A stretch of DNA of 64,000 nt from Candidatus Latescibacterota bacterium (GCA_965243025.1 CBDETY010000003.1:5888001-5952000); one strand, 5' to 3'. Shown: positions 28,176 to 38,779, counted from the first letter of the stretch. Numbers and translations are program-made. Notes: a model not told the origin generated them from the letters alone.

Positions 28176-29426
28176 ATGAAACAGGAGATGAAAAGGCTGA
28201 AACGGCCTGCCGCCTTCGCCGCGGCGGCCCTGGCGCTGCTGGCGCTGCCCCCGTGGGCGGACCGGACCCGGGGAGAGGACTGGCCCCAGTGGCGGGGCCC
28301 GAACCGGGACGGGGTCTCCCGGGAGACGGGGCTCCTGAGCCAGTGGCCGGAGGAGGGCCCCCCGGTGGTCTGGAGGGTTCCGGGAGGCGAGGGGTTCTCC
28401 AGCGTCTCGGTCGCCGGGGGCCGCGCCTTCACCATGGCCGCTTCCGGCGAAGACGAGTTCGCGCTCTGCCTCGAGGCGGCGACCGGGAAGCAGCTCTGGA
28501 AGCGCCGGCTCGGCGAGAAGTTCACCGAAGGGCACGGGAACGGACCGCGCTCGACGCCGACAGTGGAAGGGGACAGGGTGTTCATCCTCGGGTCGCGGGG
28601 CATGCTGACGGCGCTGAACGCCGGCACCGGGGAAACCGTGTGGGCGTCGGACCTGCGCGAGGTTCTCGGCAGCGGCCTGCCGCCCTGGGGGTTCGCCGCC
28701 TCGCCGCTGGTCGAGGGGGAGCTGCTGATCGTCCAGGGGGGTAAGGGAGGGTTCCACTGCATCGCAGCCTTCGACAAGCAGACCGGGGCGGTGGCCTGGA
28801 CTTCACACAAGGACGGAGGCGACTACTCCTCGCCGATCGCGGTCACCGCGCGCGGGGCGAGGCAGGTGCTGTCGCTTACCGAGCACGCCCTGGTGTCGCT
28901 GGCGCCGGCGAGCGGCGAGCTCAACTGGCGCTACCCTTTCAAGGAGAACCTCAACATCGCCACCCCTCTTCTGGTGCCGCCGGACCAGGTCTTCATCTCC
29001 TCCGCCTACGACAAGGGGGCGGCCCTCGTCGAGATGACCGGGGGACCGGGGGCCCTCGGGGTCGAAGAGGTCTGGTTCCGCCGGGAGATGAAGAACCTGT
29101 TCAGCTCCTCGGTGCTGCACGACGGCCATATCTACGGCTTCGACAACGCCATCCTCAAGTGCATCTCCGCGGCGGACGGGGAGACGCGCTGGCGCCAGCG
29201 GGGCTTCAACAACGGCTCGCTGATCCTCGCGGACGGACACCTGATCGTCCTCGGGGGGGAAGGAGAGCTGGCCCTGGTCGAAGCCGCCCCTGACGCCTTT
29301 CGCCGCAAGGCGGGGTTCCAGGTGGTGACCGGGAAGTGCTGGACCGCCCCGTCCCTGGCCGACGGCAGGCTCTTCCTGCGCAACCAGGAGGAGATCCTCT
29401 GCCTCGACCTGGCCGCCGGGGGCTGA
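28176..29426 (+). CDS. PQQ-like beta-propeller repeat protein, exported
   Basis: Signal peptide, EDWPQWRGPNRDG, GPRSTP, YSSP, CWTAP...LFLRN. Confidence 0.88.
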   Translation: MKQEMKRLKRPAAFAAAALALLALPPWADRTRGEDWPQWRGPNRDGVSRETGLLSQWPEEGPPVVWRVPGGEGFSSVSVAGGRAFTMAASGEDEFALCLEAATGKQLWKRRLGEKFTEGHGNGPRSTPTVEGDRVFILGSRGMLTALNAGTGETVWASDLREVLGSGLPPWGFAASPLVEGELLIVQGGKGGFHCIAAFDKQTGAVAWTSHKDGGDYSSPIAVTARGARQVLSLTEHALVSLAPASGELNWRYPFKENLNIATPLLVPPDQVFISSAYDKGAALVEMTGGPGALGVEEVWFRREMKNLFSSSVLHDGHIYGFDNAILKCISAADGETRWRQRGFNNGSLILADGHLIVLGGEGELALVEAAPDAFRRKAGFQVVTGKCWTAPSLADGRLFLRNQEEILCLDLAAGG

Positions 29427-29583
29427 GCCCGGCAATTACCGGAGTTCCTTCCAGATCATTTCAGCCGCCTCCGGCCCAGACTTGATCCAACGAAATCGTT
29501 GCAAAGCGACAATCTCCGCCCCCGGGGCGAGTCCCCGTGAATACCGCCACTCCTGATCCTGCCGGCACCCGGAGGCCGGAACC

Positions 29584-31479
29584 ATGACCAGAATCGAGGC
29601 GAACATACCGTTTGTCGAGCCGCCGGAATGGGCCCTGCTCGAGCGCAGCCTCATCGACCTGATGGACGAATCGGTCGCCCCCGTGATGGAGCGCTACGTG
29701 CGCGGCGACGGCTCGGTGATGTGGCCGACCAGGGAGGACTTCACCGGCATCGACGGCCTCGACGACGCCTACGAGAGCTTCCACAACTGGCCGCTCTTCT
29801 ACCTGATGGGAGGAGGAGACCACCTGCTCGAGTACTCCCACCTCGCCTGGGAGGGGATCACGCGGCAGTTCAGCCGTTACGGCACCGGGCACGGGCACCC
29901 GATGGTGGTAAAGGAGTTCGAGCAGGGGTACGACTGGATGCACATGGGGGAGGGGTACGCCTTCTTCTACAACCTCTGCCTCGCCGACCCGGGAAACGAG
30001 CGCAACGCCGAGAGGGCGAGGCGCTACGCGGGATTCTACCTCAACGAGGACCCGGAGGCGCCCAACTACGACCCGGAAAAGAAGCTGATCAAATGCGCCC
30101 ACAACGGCTCGATGGGGCCGGCGTTCCGCAACTTCGAAAAGCATTACACCGTCTACCGCTACGATCAGTGGAAGCCCTGGCCCCTGCCGTATTACGACCT
30201 GCCCGGAATCGACTCGGTCGAGGATCTCCGGAAGCCCGGAATGGAGGAGCTGATGGGGCGCACCCTCGTCGAGCGCATGGGGCGCGGGGACGTCGCCACC
30301 AACCTCGGCGCCAACACCCTGGTCGCCAACGCCTACCTGTTCGGGGGCGAGGCGAAGTACCGCGACTGGGTGGTCGAGTACACGGAAAGCTGGATGGACC
30401 GCGCCCGGGAGAACGGCGGCGTCATTCCCGACAACGTCGGCCTGTCGGGGAAGATCGGCGAGTACATCGACGGCAAGTGGTGGGGCGGCTACTACGGCTG
30501 GACCTGGCCGCACGGCTGGCACCTGATGGCAGATTCGGTGACCGCCGCGGCCGAGAACGCGAGTCTGCTGTGCCGCGATTCCGGGTACATGGACTTCCCG
30601 CGCTCGCAGATCGACCTGCTGATGGAGAAGGGGGAAAAGCGCGGCCTGACCGTGTACGCCCCGCATCACTACCACGACAAGGGATGGGACGGGTACGGGC
30701 CGCTGCATCCGGCCCCGATGACGCACATCTGGCAGATGACCATGGGACCCGGCGACGCCGACCGGCTCATTCAGCAGCGCAACCACGAGTCGGACGACTG
30801 GCGCCGCATCCGCTCGCACGGCTCCAAGCACGGCGCCGGCCACGAGGCCGCCTGGTTCTCCTGGCTCAGGGGGGAGTACCCCGGGTTTCCCCTCGACATC
30901 CTGCGCCACAACCTCGCCCAGGTGCACCAGCGGCTGGCGTTCATGCGCGACGACCGGCAGGACCCGGCCACCTACGGCGACTGGTACCTGCAGGTGCGCA
31001 ACCCGATCACCGTGGAGGGGCTGCTGCAGCTGACCATGGGCGGGCCGCTCTACCTCTACAACGGCGGCCTGCAGGTGGCGCGGCTGCGCTACTTCGACTG
31101 CCACCGCCGCCGTCCCGGGCTGCCGCGCGACGTCGCCGCCCTCGTGGAGGTCCTCGAGAAGGACCGCGCCGTCGTGCAACTGGTGAACCTCAGCGCCACC
31201 GAGCCGCGTGAGATGGTGGTGCAGGCCGGCGTCTTCGGCGAGCACCGCTTCACCGGGGCCTCCTGGCAGCAGCGCCGTCTCCTGAGCGCCGAAGAGGCCG
31301 CCGCGGGCCAGGCGCACGAGGCCCAGTTCCGGGAGGTGGTCGAGGGGCAGCTGGAGAAGCGGACGGTGGAGGTGAACGACCGCCGCTTCACCGTCGGGCT
31401 CGCCCCCGGCGCCGGAATTCGCCTCGACCTGGGGATGGAGCGGTTCGCCAGCGAGCCGTCCTACTCCCAGCCCTGGTAG
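29584..31479 (+). CDS. Conserved hypothetical protein (aromatic-rich, probable alpha/alpha-barrel enzyme)
   Basis: 631-aa ORF with GC3-biased codons and a GGAGG RBS; motifs DDAYESFHNWPL, YDWMHMGEG, PDNVG...WWGGYYGWTWPHG, RRPGLP.DVAALV. Confidence 0.75.
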   Translation: MTRIEANIPFVEPPEWALLERSLIDLMDESVAPVMERYVRGDGSVMWPTREDFTGIDGLDDAYESFHNWPLFYLMGGGDHLLEYSHLAWEGITRQFSRYGTGHGHPMVVKEFEQGYDWMHMGEGYAFFYNLCLADPGNERNAERARRYAGFYLNEDPEAPNYDPEKKLIKCAHNGSMGPAFRNFEKHYTVYRYDQWKPWPLPYYDLPGIDSVEDLRKPGMEELMGRTLVERMGRGDVATNLGANTLVANAYLFGGEAKYRDWVVEYTESWMDRARENGGVIPDNVGLSGKIGEYIDGKWWGGYYGWTWPHGWHLMADSVTAAAENASLLCRDSGYMDFPRSQIDLLMEKGEKRGLTVYAPHHYHDKGWDGYGPLHPAPMTHIWQMTMGPGDADRLIQQRNHESDDWRRIRSHGSKHGAGHEAAWFSWLRGEYPGFPLDILRHNLAQVHQRLAFMRDDRQDPATYGDWYLQVRNPITVEGLLQLTMGGPLYLYNGGLQVARLRYFDCHRRRPGLPRDVAALVEVLEKDRAVVQLVNLSATEPREMVVQAGVFGEHRFTGASWQQRRLLSAEEAAAGQAHEAQFREVVEGQLEKRTVEVNDRRFTVGLAPGAGIRLDLGMERFASEPSYSQPW

Positions 31480-31540
31480 CAAGGGATTCGTCCCCTGGGA
31501 CCGCGGAAACAGCCCCCATCCAAAAAGCGAAGGAAGCAGC

Positions 31541-32769
31541 ATGCGCAACCACCCGATGGACGGAATCGAACGCGAGAACATTGCCATCACCGACATCGAC
31601 GTCATTCCCCTGTCCTACGTCGACCCGGGGGGCGATCTGTGGCGGTGCGGCAACTACCAGGTCTGGAAGACCGACGGCGCCATCACCCGGGTCTTCACCG
31701 ACCAGGGGATCGTCGGCATCGGCGAAGGCTCCCCCTACGAGGGGCCGGAATACATCAGGGAGTACACCGAGCGGAACATCAAGCCGCTGCTGCTCGGCAA
31801 GAATCCCTTCGACGTCGAGTTCCTCTGCAACCGCGGCAATTCCGACCGCCACAGCCGCGCCCCCTGGGCCGGGGTCGACTGCGCCTGCTGGGACATCATC
31901 GGCAAGGCCAGGGGGTCCCGGTCAGGACGCTGCTGGCAACCGGCGACGAGGGGGCCGTCGACGAGATCGGGATCTACGCCAGCGGCGGCGTCGAGCACGT
32001 CTGGCACGAGGGCGGCGAGCAGTCCCTGATCGAGGAGGCGCTGCGCTGCAAGGAGCAGGGGTACGACGCCTTCAAGTTCCGCCCCGGCACCGACTGGGAA
32101 CGGAGCGGCATGACCTTCGACGCCTACGTCCCCGTCCTGCGCCGCCTGCGCGAAGCCGTGGGGCCGGACTTCCGCCTCATGCACGAGGGGATCGGCACCC
32201 TCCTCGGGTCGCTCAAAGCGGTGATCACCGAGTTCGCCCCGGTCCTGGAGGAGCTGGGGTTCTACTGGTTCGAGGAGGCGTTCGGCGGCACGAACAGCGA
32301 GCACATCGACCTCTTCGTCGAGCTCAACGAGGCGATGCCGACGGTGATGGTCTCGGGAGGGGAGCGCTTCATGGAGCGCTTCGAGTCGCAGGTCTGGCTC
32401 GACCGCGGCGCCCTCGACATCATCCAGACCGACTGCAACGTCACCGGCCTCACCGAGAACTGGTACATCGCCCGCACGGCGCACCTGCGCGGCAAGCTCG
32501 CCATCCCCCACAACTGGCACGGCGGCGGCACCACCATGGCCAACGCCCAGTACGTCGCCGCCATTCCGAACCGCGACTACTGCGAGCTGAACCAGACCCG
32601 CAACCCGCTGAAGGAGGAGATCTTCAAGGAGCCCCTGACCGTGGAGAACGGGGTCATGAAGCTGCCGAACAGGCCGGGCTTCGGGGTCGAGCTGATCGAC
32701 GACGTCGAGAAGAGATTCCCCTACGTCCCGGGGTCGTACAGCAAGCCGAACGAGCGCCTCCCGGGATAG
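31541..32769 (+). pseudogene. Mandelate racemase/muconate-lactonizing (enolase superfamily) enzyme with a -1 frameshift at the G run 31911-31915
   Basis: The N-domain (TDQGIVGIGE...GVDCACWDIIGKA) is in frame 31541 and the TIM barrel (VPVRTLL...YASGG..FKFR..WFEE..GGE..QTD..PHNW..PGFG) in the other frame. One extra G restores KARGVPV. This may be a sequencing error. Confidence 0.85.
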
Positions 32770-32982
32770 GGGGGAGGGGGAACTGCTGGGGCAGCAGCTG
32801 GAACGGAGGCGTGCCGGTTTCGGGGTCCGCCGGCAGCGGATAGAGACCGCCCGAGGCCGGTCGAGGGACCGTTGTCTGAAATGGCAAAGTGCTTCGAGCT
32901 TCGGGGTGTTCTGAACGCCAAATCCTCGCTACCGTCCCGATCTACGAATTGCGGCATGCGAGAAGAAGGACGCCTGCGCGCC

Positions 32983-33011
32983 TTGACATCGCCATCTGAT
33001 GTAGCTACAAT
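32983..33011 (+). promoter_or_regulatory. Sigma-70 promoter with palindromic operator of dinJ-yafQ
   Basis: TTGACA-17 nt-TACAAT; the perfect palindrome TGTAGCTACA (33000-33009) overlaps the -10 box. Confidence 0.8.
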
Positions 33012-33038
33012 GAGCCCTCATCTTCAGGAGAAAGTCCG

Positions 33039-33296
33039 ATGAGCCAGGATACCGTCGTACGCGCTCGAATCGACAGCGATACCAAGGCCCGAGCTTCCGA
33101 GGCGCTCCAGGCAATGGGCCTGTCAGTGTCCGACGCAATCCGCCTGCTGCTGCTGCGGGTGGCGGATGAGAAGCGGCTGCCATTCACCGTCCAGGTGCCG
33201 AATGCAGAGACCGTTGAATCGATGAAGGAGTTGGACGAGGGCAAAGGCAAGCGTTTCGGCAGCGCGGAGGAACTGTTCAAGGACCTCGGCATCTGA
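33039..33296 (+). CDS. dinJ: RelB/DinJ-family antitoxin
   Basis: VVRARID..TKARA...L..MGLSVSDAIRLLL..VA.EKRLPF...PNAET. Confidence 0.92.
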   Translation: MSQDTVVRARIDSDTKARASEALQAMGLSVSDAIRLLLLRVADEKRLPFTVQVPNAETVESMKELDEGKGKRFGSAEELFKDLGI

Positions 33297-33297
33297 G

Positions 33298-33570
33298 GTG
33301 CTGACCCCGGTTCGGTCCACGCGGTTCAAGCGCGACGTGAGAAGAGCCGGGAAGAGGGGAAAGGACCTTGCCCGGCTGAGAGTGTTGCTGGAGTCGTTGA
33401 TCCAGCAGGAACCCTTGTCCGCCCGTTATCTCGACCATCCCCTCCGGGGAATCTGGAAGGGCTACAGGGAGGCTCATATCGAGGCGGACTGGCTTCTCAT
33501 TTACCGCGTCGCGGGATCGGAACTGCACCTCGTCCGCACGGGTTCTCATTCGGATCTCTTCAAAGAGTAG
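33298..33570 (+). CDS. yafQ: YafQ-family mRNA interferase toxin
   Basis: FKRD, DHPLRG.WKGYREAHIEADWLLIY, RTGSHSDLF. Confidence 0.93.
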   Translation: MLTPVRSTRFKRDVRRAGKRGKDLARLRVLLESLIQQEPLSARYLDHPLRGIWKGYREAHIEADWLLIYRVAGSELHLVRTGSHSDLFKE

Positions 33571-33692
33571 CCCGGGTCGCAGCATCGGTGCTGGATGCCG
33601 CCCGGGTTAGCCCCCGAAAAACCCATTGCCTTCCTGCCCGGGCAGTCCGACAACTCAACCGGTCGGCAAGGTTTCTGCTGCCACCCTCTGCC

Positions 33693-34454
33693 TCAGACGC
33701 GCCCGCCGCAGGCGACGATCGTCTGTCCGGTGATGAAGCTCGAATCCTCGGAGAGCAGGAACTTGACCGCGGCGGCCATCTCTTCGGGTGCGGCCATGCG
33801 CCCGAGCGGGGTGGCGGCGATCAGCTGCTCGACCATGTCGGGGTTGGCGGACCGGCCCATCTCGGTGTCGGTCAGGCCGGGGGCGAGGCAGTTGACGCGG
33901 ATGTTGTGGGGGGCGAGCGCTTCCGAGCAGTGGCGGGTGAAGGCGACCACGGCCGCCTTGGTCGTCGCGTAGGGGATCACGTTCTTCTTCAGAATCATGG
34001 CCGCCAGCGACGAGATGTTGACGATGCGGCCGTAGCCGCGGGCGATCATCCCGTCCTTGACCGCCCAAGTGGTCAGGAACGGACCGTCGACGTTGACCTC
34101 GAACATCTTCTTCCAGTCTGAAAATCCGACCGCCTCGTGAGTCGCGTTGTCCGCCATGCCGGCGTTGTTGACCAGCAGGTCGACCGGCCCAAGTCCGGAC
34201 TCCGCGGCCGCGGCCATGCGCGCCACCTCCTCTTCCCGGGACACGTCGGCCTGAACGGTCAGGCCCCGTGCCCCGGCAGCCTCGACCTGCGCCAGGGTTT
34301 CCCGGGCGGCCTCCTCGTTCTGTGCGTAGTTGACGGCGACGGCGGCCCCCTGCTCGGCGAGCATGACGCAGATCGCCCTGCCGATGCCGCGCGAGCCGCC
34401 GGTCACCAGGGCGGTCCTTCCGGAAAACAGGGGGGCGTTTCTCTCTTCAGCCAT
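33693..34454 (-). CDS. SDR family oxidoreductase (FabG-like)
   Basis: TGGSRGIG, LVNNAG, NISS, YATTK, PGLTDT. Confidence 0.92.
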   Translation of the reverse strand: MAEERNAPLFSGRTALVTGGSRGIGRAICVMLAEQGAAVAVNYAQNEEAARETLAQVEAAGARGLTVQADVSREEEVARMAAAAESGLGPVDLLVNNAGMADNATHEAVGFSDWKKMFEVNVDGPFLTTWAVKDGMIARGYGRIVNISSLAAMILKKNVIPYATTKAAVVAFTRHCSEALAPHNIRVNCLAPGLTDTEMGRSANPDMVEQLIAATPLGRMAAPEEMAAAVKFLLSEDSSFITGQTIVACGGRV

Positions 34455-35274
34455 ATGCACCCTTTGCGTGCCGTCCGAGCAGGCGCTGCAGCCGGGGCGA
34501 GGCCCCGTCCCAGACGTGCCCGGGCATGCGGTAGTCGATGAAGGGGTAGAACTTCTGCGAGACGAACCGCCTGCTGTAGGTCACGCCTGCCATCAGGCGG
34601 GTGCGGTTCGAGGTGTTGGGGGCGCCCCGGTGCCAGACCTGGTTGTTGAACAGGTAGGCGTGCGTCCGCCGCGCGAGGAAGGAGTGCGGGCCGTTGCCGT
34701 CGAAGCAGGGCTGGTCCTGCATTTCCGGCTGCCTCCCGGAGTAGTGGCTTCCCGGGACGATCTGCGTGGGGCCGTACTGCAGCTCTTCGACGTCGGTCAG
34801 CGGCGTGAAGACCTGCACGACGAAGCAGGGCAGCGGCACGTCGGGAGAGTGCCGTGCGATCCGCGGCGGCAGCGGGAAGTGGACGAGGTCGTCGATGTGC
34901 CAGCCCCCCGGGCCGTCGGTGGCGGCGCCGAGATCGGGAGGGGTGTACAGGGCATTCTGGGACATGCAGTGGCAGTCCGCCCCGAGGATCGCCTCGGCGA
35001 GGCCGGCGAACGGCTCGCGGACGATGAGGTCGCGGAACGCCGTCGAGTACTCGAACATGCGCATGAGGCTCCTGCCGCGGACATGGTCCCGCTCCGGCTC
35101 GCGCATGGCCGGGTCGTCCCACTTGCGCTGCATGTCCTCGCGCAGCGCCTCGACCTCTTCCAGCTCCAGCACCTGCCCGAGGTCGCAGAATCCCTCCCCC
35201 TGAAACCGGGAGACCAGGCGTTCGGTCTCTTCGGCGGTGAACGGTTCACCGGGGAGAATGGCGCTGTCAGGCAT
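34447..35274 (-). CDS. Phytanoyl-CoA dioxygenase (PhyH) family Fe/2OG oxygenase
   Basis: WHIDD (HxD), GPTQIVPGSH, WHRG.PN.S.R.R. Confidence 0.9.
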   Translation of the reverse strand: MPDSAILPGEPFTAEETERLVSRFQGEGFCDLGQVLELEEVEALREDMQRKWDDPAMREPERDHVRGRSLMRMFEYSTAFRDLIVREPFAGLAEAILGADCHCMSQNALYTPPDLGAATDGPGGWHIDDLVHFPLPPRIARHSPDVPLPCFVVQVFTPLTDVEELQYGPTQIVPGSHYSGRQPEMQDQPCFDGNGPHSFLARRTHAYLFNNQVWHRGAPNTSNRTRLMAGVTYSRRFVSQKFYPFIDYRMPGHVWDGASPRLQRLLGRHAKGAYG

Positions 35275-35394
35275 GGCGGGTCTTCAAAGCAGCGAGGTTG
35301 GCGAAACCCGCGGACTTGGCGCTGCCGCAGGAAGCGAAGGCGTTTCGGCCCCGGGCGGCCCCGGGGATTTGGCCGATGTCGTTGTCCACCAGGA

Positions 35395-36384
35395 TCAGTC
35401 GAGGCTGTAGAACCGGTAGCGCAGCGACCAGCGGTCCGCCTGTCCGGGTGGGATCTTCAGGTCGATGAACGGCTCCGGGCAAAGGGTAGTGGCTGGGGAC
35501 CAGAAATACAGCTTCGACATCGGCCGGTCGCCGTCCATCCTCACGCCCGCCCCGGTCCTGCGGTTCTCGATGAAAAAACGGTGATCCTCCGTCCGGCTGG
35601 AAAAACCGCTCAACAGCGTCAGGATGAAGGCACCCTCCGGGATCTCCCGGAGATAGGTCAGCTCCTTCCCCTTCACCTCGGCGAACCCCTTCAGATCCTT
35701 GTCCGCCCGGGGCTCGAACGGAAAGCGCACGACGAAACCGGGACCGGTCGGCTGACCGTCGATGACGAAGAAGTTGTGATTGTACACGTCCGTTTCGATG
35801 GCGAGGCGGCCGGTGTTCTCGAGGAGGTGATCGATCACCAGCTCGGCGTTCCCCGGGGTGAGTGTCAGCCGCTTCGAGTACGAATACCCGTACCCCGAGC
35901 TGTCGTCTCTGACGGCCTGGCCGAACTCGATCCAGTTGTCCCCTTGTGCTGCGGTCCAGCCGCCGTCGTCGACGATGTCGTAGGTATGGTTCCAGCGGAA
36001 GTCCTCTTCCTCAGGCTGCCTGCAGACCCCGATACCGACGCGAACGAAGGTGGTTCCGGGCTCTCCCCGCCGGTACCCGAGCACTCCGAAAGAGTCGGCC
36101 GGGCCGGTCATGCGGGCCTGATGGTAGGGGTCGTCCGAGTCCTGCCACTCCCCGAAGTACTCGTGCCCGTCGTGGGTCAGGCTGTAGATGACGCCGGACC
36201 AGTCGAAGCGGGTGCCTCGGTAGTAGCCGTTGTCGCCGTCGGGCAGGTAGATCCTGGCGGTGACCACGTCGTTGGAGATGACGGCTGTCGGAGGAGAATC
36301 CTCAGCCGGCGTCGACGCGGAGAGCGCGAGCAGCATCGGCAGCAAGAGGGCCGGTGATGGAAATCCTGAGAAAATCCGATTCAC
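35395..36384 (-). CDS. Exported hypothetical protein, galactose-mutarotase-like fold possible
   Basis: Signal-like segment; YYRGTRFDWSG, YNHNFF, CPEPF motifs resembling aldose epimerases. The start is uncertain. Confidence 0.65.
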   Translation of the reverse strand: MNRIFSGFPSPALLLPMLLALSASTPAEDSPPTAVISNDVVTARIYLPDGDNGYYRGTRFDWSGVIYSLTHDGHEYFGEWQDSDDPYHQARMTGPADSFGVLGYRRGEPGTTFVRVGIGVCRQPEEEDFRWNHTYDIVDDGGWTAAQGDNWIEFGQAVRDDSSGYGYSYSKRLTLTPGNAELVIDHLLENTGRLAIETDVYNHNFFVIDGQPTGPGFVVRFPFEPRADKDLKGFAEVKGKELTYLREIPEGAFILTLLSGFSSRTEDHRFFIENRRTGAGVRMDGDRPMSKLYFWSPATTLCPEPFIDLKIPPGQADRWSLRYRFYSLD

Positions 36385-36505
36385 GGGTCAGCTGGTTCAG
36401 GGGCATTCAGGTGATGGGTGAGAGCGATCCAATGGGTCTTTCCCGGACATGAGCCGGAAATCAACTCCCGGCGGCCGGTTCGCGGCAACAGGGCGGCGAC
36501 TCGCG

Positions 36506-37714
36506 TCACCTCCCGGCGACGAACGGCTCGCGCTGAAACGACATCAGGAACTCGGGGCCGTCCCCGGTCACGTGGCATACGTCCCCGAGGGGAACGAACA
36601 TCTTCCCCGACCCGGGCAGCGAGAAGGTGGAGTGCACGACCGCGGTGGTTCCTGACTGCAGCGGGGTCTCGTTGCTCTCGTTGAGAACCGGGCTCTCGCT
36701 GTAGTCGAGGCCCATGCCGTGGCCGATGCGGCCGCCCTGGATCTCCCAGCCGCTTACGGCAGCCTTCTCCCGCACCGCCCTGGCGACGCCGCCCACGGGA
36801 GCGCCCGGCTTCATCACCTCGAGGCCGGCGTCCTGGGCCTCCCGGGTCAGCGCGCAGATGCGCTCGAGCTCGGCGCACGGCTCGCCGAGGGAGCCGGTGC
36901 GCTGTCCGTGGCACCAGTACCCCCTGTAGACGACGTAGGAGCAGGCCGCCATCAGGTCGCCGGCTTCGAGCACCCGCATGTGGGGTTTGACCTCGAGCCT
37001 GACGGCGGACCAGTCCGGCCCCGGCCCGGAGGCGATCCAGTACTTGGCGACGTCGGCCCCCTGCCTGCGGATGACGCGCTCCATCTCGGCGACGACCTCG
37101 ATGCCGCGCATGCCGGGGCGGGCGGTCTTCACCAGGGTCTCGAAGCCGAGGTCGCTGAGCTCGGCGGCCCTGCGCATCATTTCCACCTCTTCGGGGGACT
37201 TGGCGCAGCGCAGCTCGGCGACGATGTCCCGTGGGGCGGCGAACTGTGTGCCGAGGCCGCCGGCCAGGGCCTGGTGGAACGGCTGCGGCATGTTGTCGAT
37301 GCCGACAACCCCGACCTGCCTGTCGCCGAAGCCGCACTCTTCGAGGATCGCCAGGGTTTCGGAGGCGAAGCTCCCCGGGGCCCCCGGCTTGCGCGCGTCG
37401 ACCGCCACGGCGTTGGGATCGACCGCGGCGACGAGGCGCACGTCGCGGAGCGGGGAGACCTCGAGGGCGAGGTCGCGCATGTAGGGCAGGCCGGCGAACA
37501 TCAGCGCCGCCTCTCCCGCACGCGGGACGACCACGGCCGAGTCGACGATGCGGTCGCAGTCCGCCCACCCCGACAGGTAGGCGACGTGTCCTGTCTGCCC
37601 CCACATGTGCTCCATCGCCGGCGAGTAGACGAACAGCGCCCCGAGGTCCTCCTCTTCCAGGAACTGCTGCACCTTGCCGATGCGCCCGGCAATCGTTTCG
37701 CGGGATATGGCCAT
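36506..37714 (-). CDS. M24 family (Xaa-Pro peptidase/creatinase fold) protein with atypical ligands
   Basis: Creatinase_N-like start, LRCAKSPEEVEMMRRAA, GHGMGL. Confidence 0.82.
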   Translation of the reverse strand: MAISRETIAGRIGKVQQFLEEEDLGALFVYSPAMEHMWGQTGHVAYLSGWADCDRIVDSAVVVPRAGEAALMFAGLPYMRDLALEVSPLRDVRLVAAVDPNAVAVDARKPGAPGSFASETLAILEECGFGDRQVGVVGIDNMPQPFHQALAGGLGTQFAAPRDIVAELRCAKSPEEVEMMRRAAELSDLGFETLVKTARPGMRGIEVVAEMERVIRRQGADVAKYWIASGPGPDWSAVRLEVKPHMRVLEAGDLMAACSYVVYRGYWCHGQRTGSLGEPCAELERICALTREAQDAGLEVMKPGAPVGGVARAVREKAAVSGWEIQGGRIGHGMGLDYSESPVLNESNETPLQSGTTAVVHSTFSLPGSGKMFVPLGDVCHVTGDGPEFLMSFQREPFVAGR

Positions 37715-37848
37715 GGCTGTTTTCCCCTTGTCACGCCTGCCCGACGAGCCAGGGCAGACCTGGTGTTTGTCCGTTGCGGCGTTCGTTCAGCCGGTTCTCC
37801 GGGGCTCGCCGAACCTCTGCAATGCGCCCGGTGTGGAAAGCCAGGACA

Positions 37849-38733
37849 CTACACGCGGGCGAACTTCTGGACGCGCTGCCCCCGGTCGCCGTCTCCGATC
37901 TCGGCGACGTAGATGCTGCCTTCGGCGTCGACGCAGAGGCCGTGGGGGGATTCCAGGACCCCCCCGGCGGAGCCGGAAAAGCGGCTGACGCACTCCCCCT
38001 CCGGGGTCCAGACGCCGGCGCGCCCGAAGCCGCCCTGCTCGACGACGTAGATCATGCCGTCCCCGGTGACCCAGACGTCGCCGGGCATGGTCAGGTCCGT
38101 CCACTGTTCGATGAAGGCCCCGTCGGGATCGAAGACCTGGATGCGGTCGTTCTCGCGGTCGCAGACGAGCACGCGCCCCTCGCGGTCGCAGCCGATGTTG
38201 TGGACGACGGCGAACTGCCCGGGGCCGGAGCCGGGCTCGCCCCAGGTGAGCAGGTGCTCTCCCTCCTTCGAGTACTTGTGGACGCAGCGGTTGGCGTACC
38301 CGTCCGAGACGTAGATCGACCCGTCAGGACCGATCGCCACCCCGGTCGGCATGTTGAACTGCCGCCGGTGGTAGGTGACGCCGGCGACTCCCCGTTTGCC
38401 CCACTCCCGCTGCATTTCCCCGAGCAGGCTGTAGCGGCGCACGATGTGCTGCAGGGAATCGGTGAGGTAGACCTCGTCGTCGGGACCGATGAAGATGCCG
38501 TGCGACTGGCTGATCAGGTGCGGGGAGACCCCGAAGTCGCCGTATCCCCAGGAGGTGACGAAGCGGCCCTCCCGGTCGAAGACGATGATCGGGTGAATCC
38601 CGCGCGTGAAAATGAAGATGCGCCCCTTCGAATCGACGGCGGCGTCCGACACCTGCGCGGGAACCCAGCCTTCGGGGTACTTCGCCCAGCCGTCGACAAG
38701 CTCGTACCTGAAATCACCCTCTCCAAGTGCCAT
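37849..38733 (-). CDS. NHL-repeat protein (peptidyl-alpha-hydroxyglycine alpha-amidating lyase-like)
   Basis: FNMPTGVA...YVSDGYAN.CVHKY, WGEPGSGPGQF..VH, VCDRENDRIQVF, PHG.CVD.EGSIYVAE; CGGAGG RBS. Confidence 0.88.
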   Translation of the reverse strand: MALGEGDFRYELVDGWAKYPEGWVPAQVSDAAVDSKGRIFIFTRGIHPIIVFDREGRFVTSWGYGDFGVSPHLISQSHGIFIGPDDEVYLTDSLQHIVRRYSLLGEMQREWGKRGVAGVTYHRRQFNMPTGVAIGPDGSIYVSDGYANRCVHKYSKEGEHLLTWGEPGSGPGQFAVVHNIGCDREGRVLVCDRENDRIQVFDPDGAFIEQWTDLTMPGDVWVTGDGMIYVVEQGGFGRAGVWTPEGECVSRFSGSAGGVLESPHGLCVDAEGSIYVAEIGDGDRGQRVQKFARV

Positions 38734-38779
38734 GCGAATCCTCCGTTTGTTGTTGTATTTGTATGGGTTGCAACTCTCG

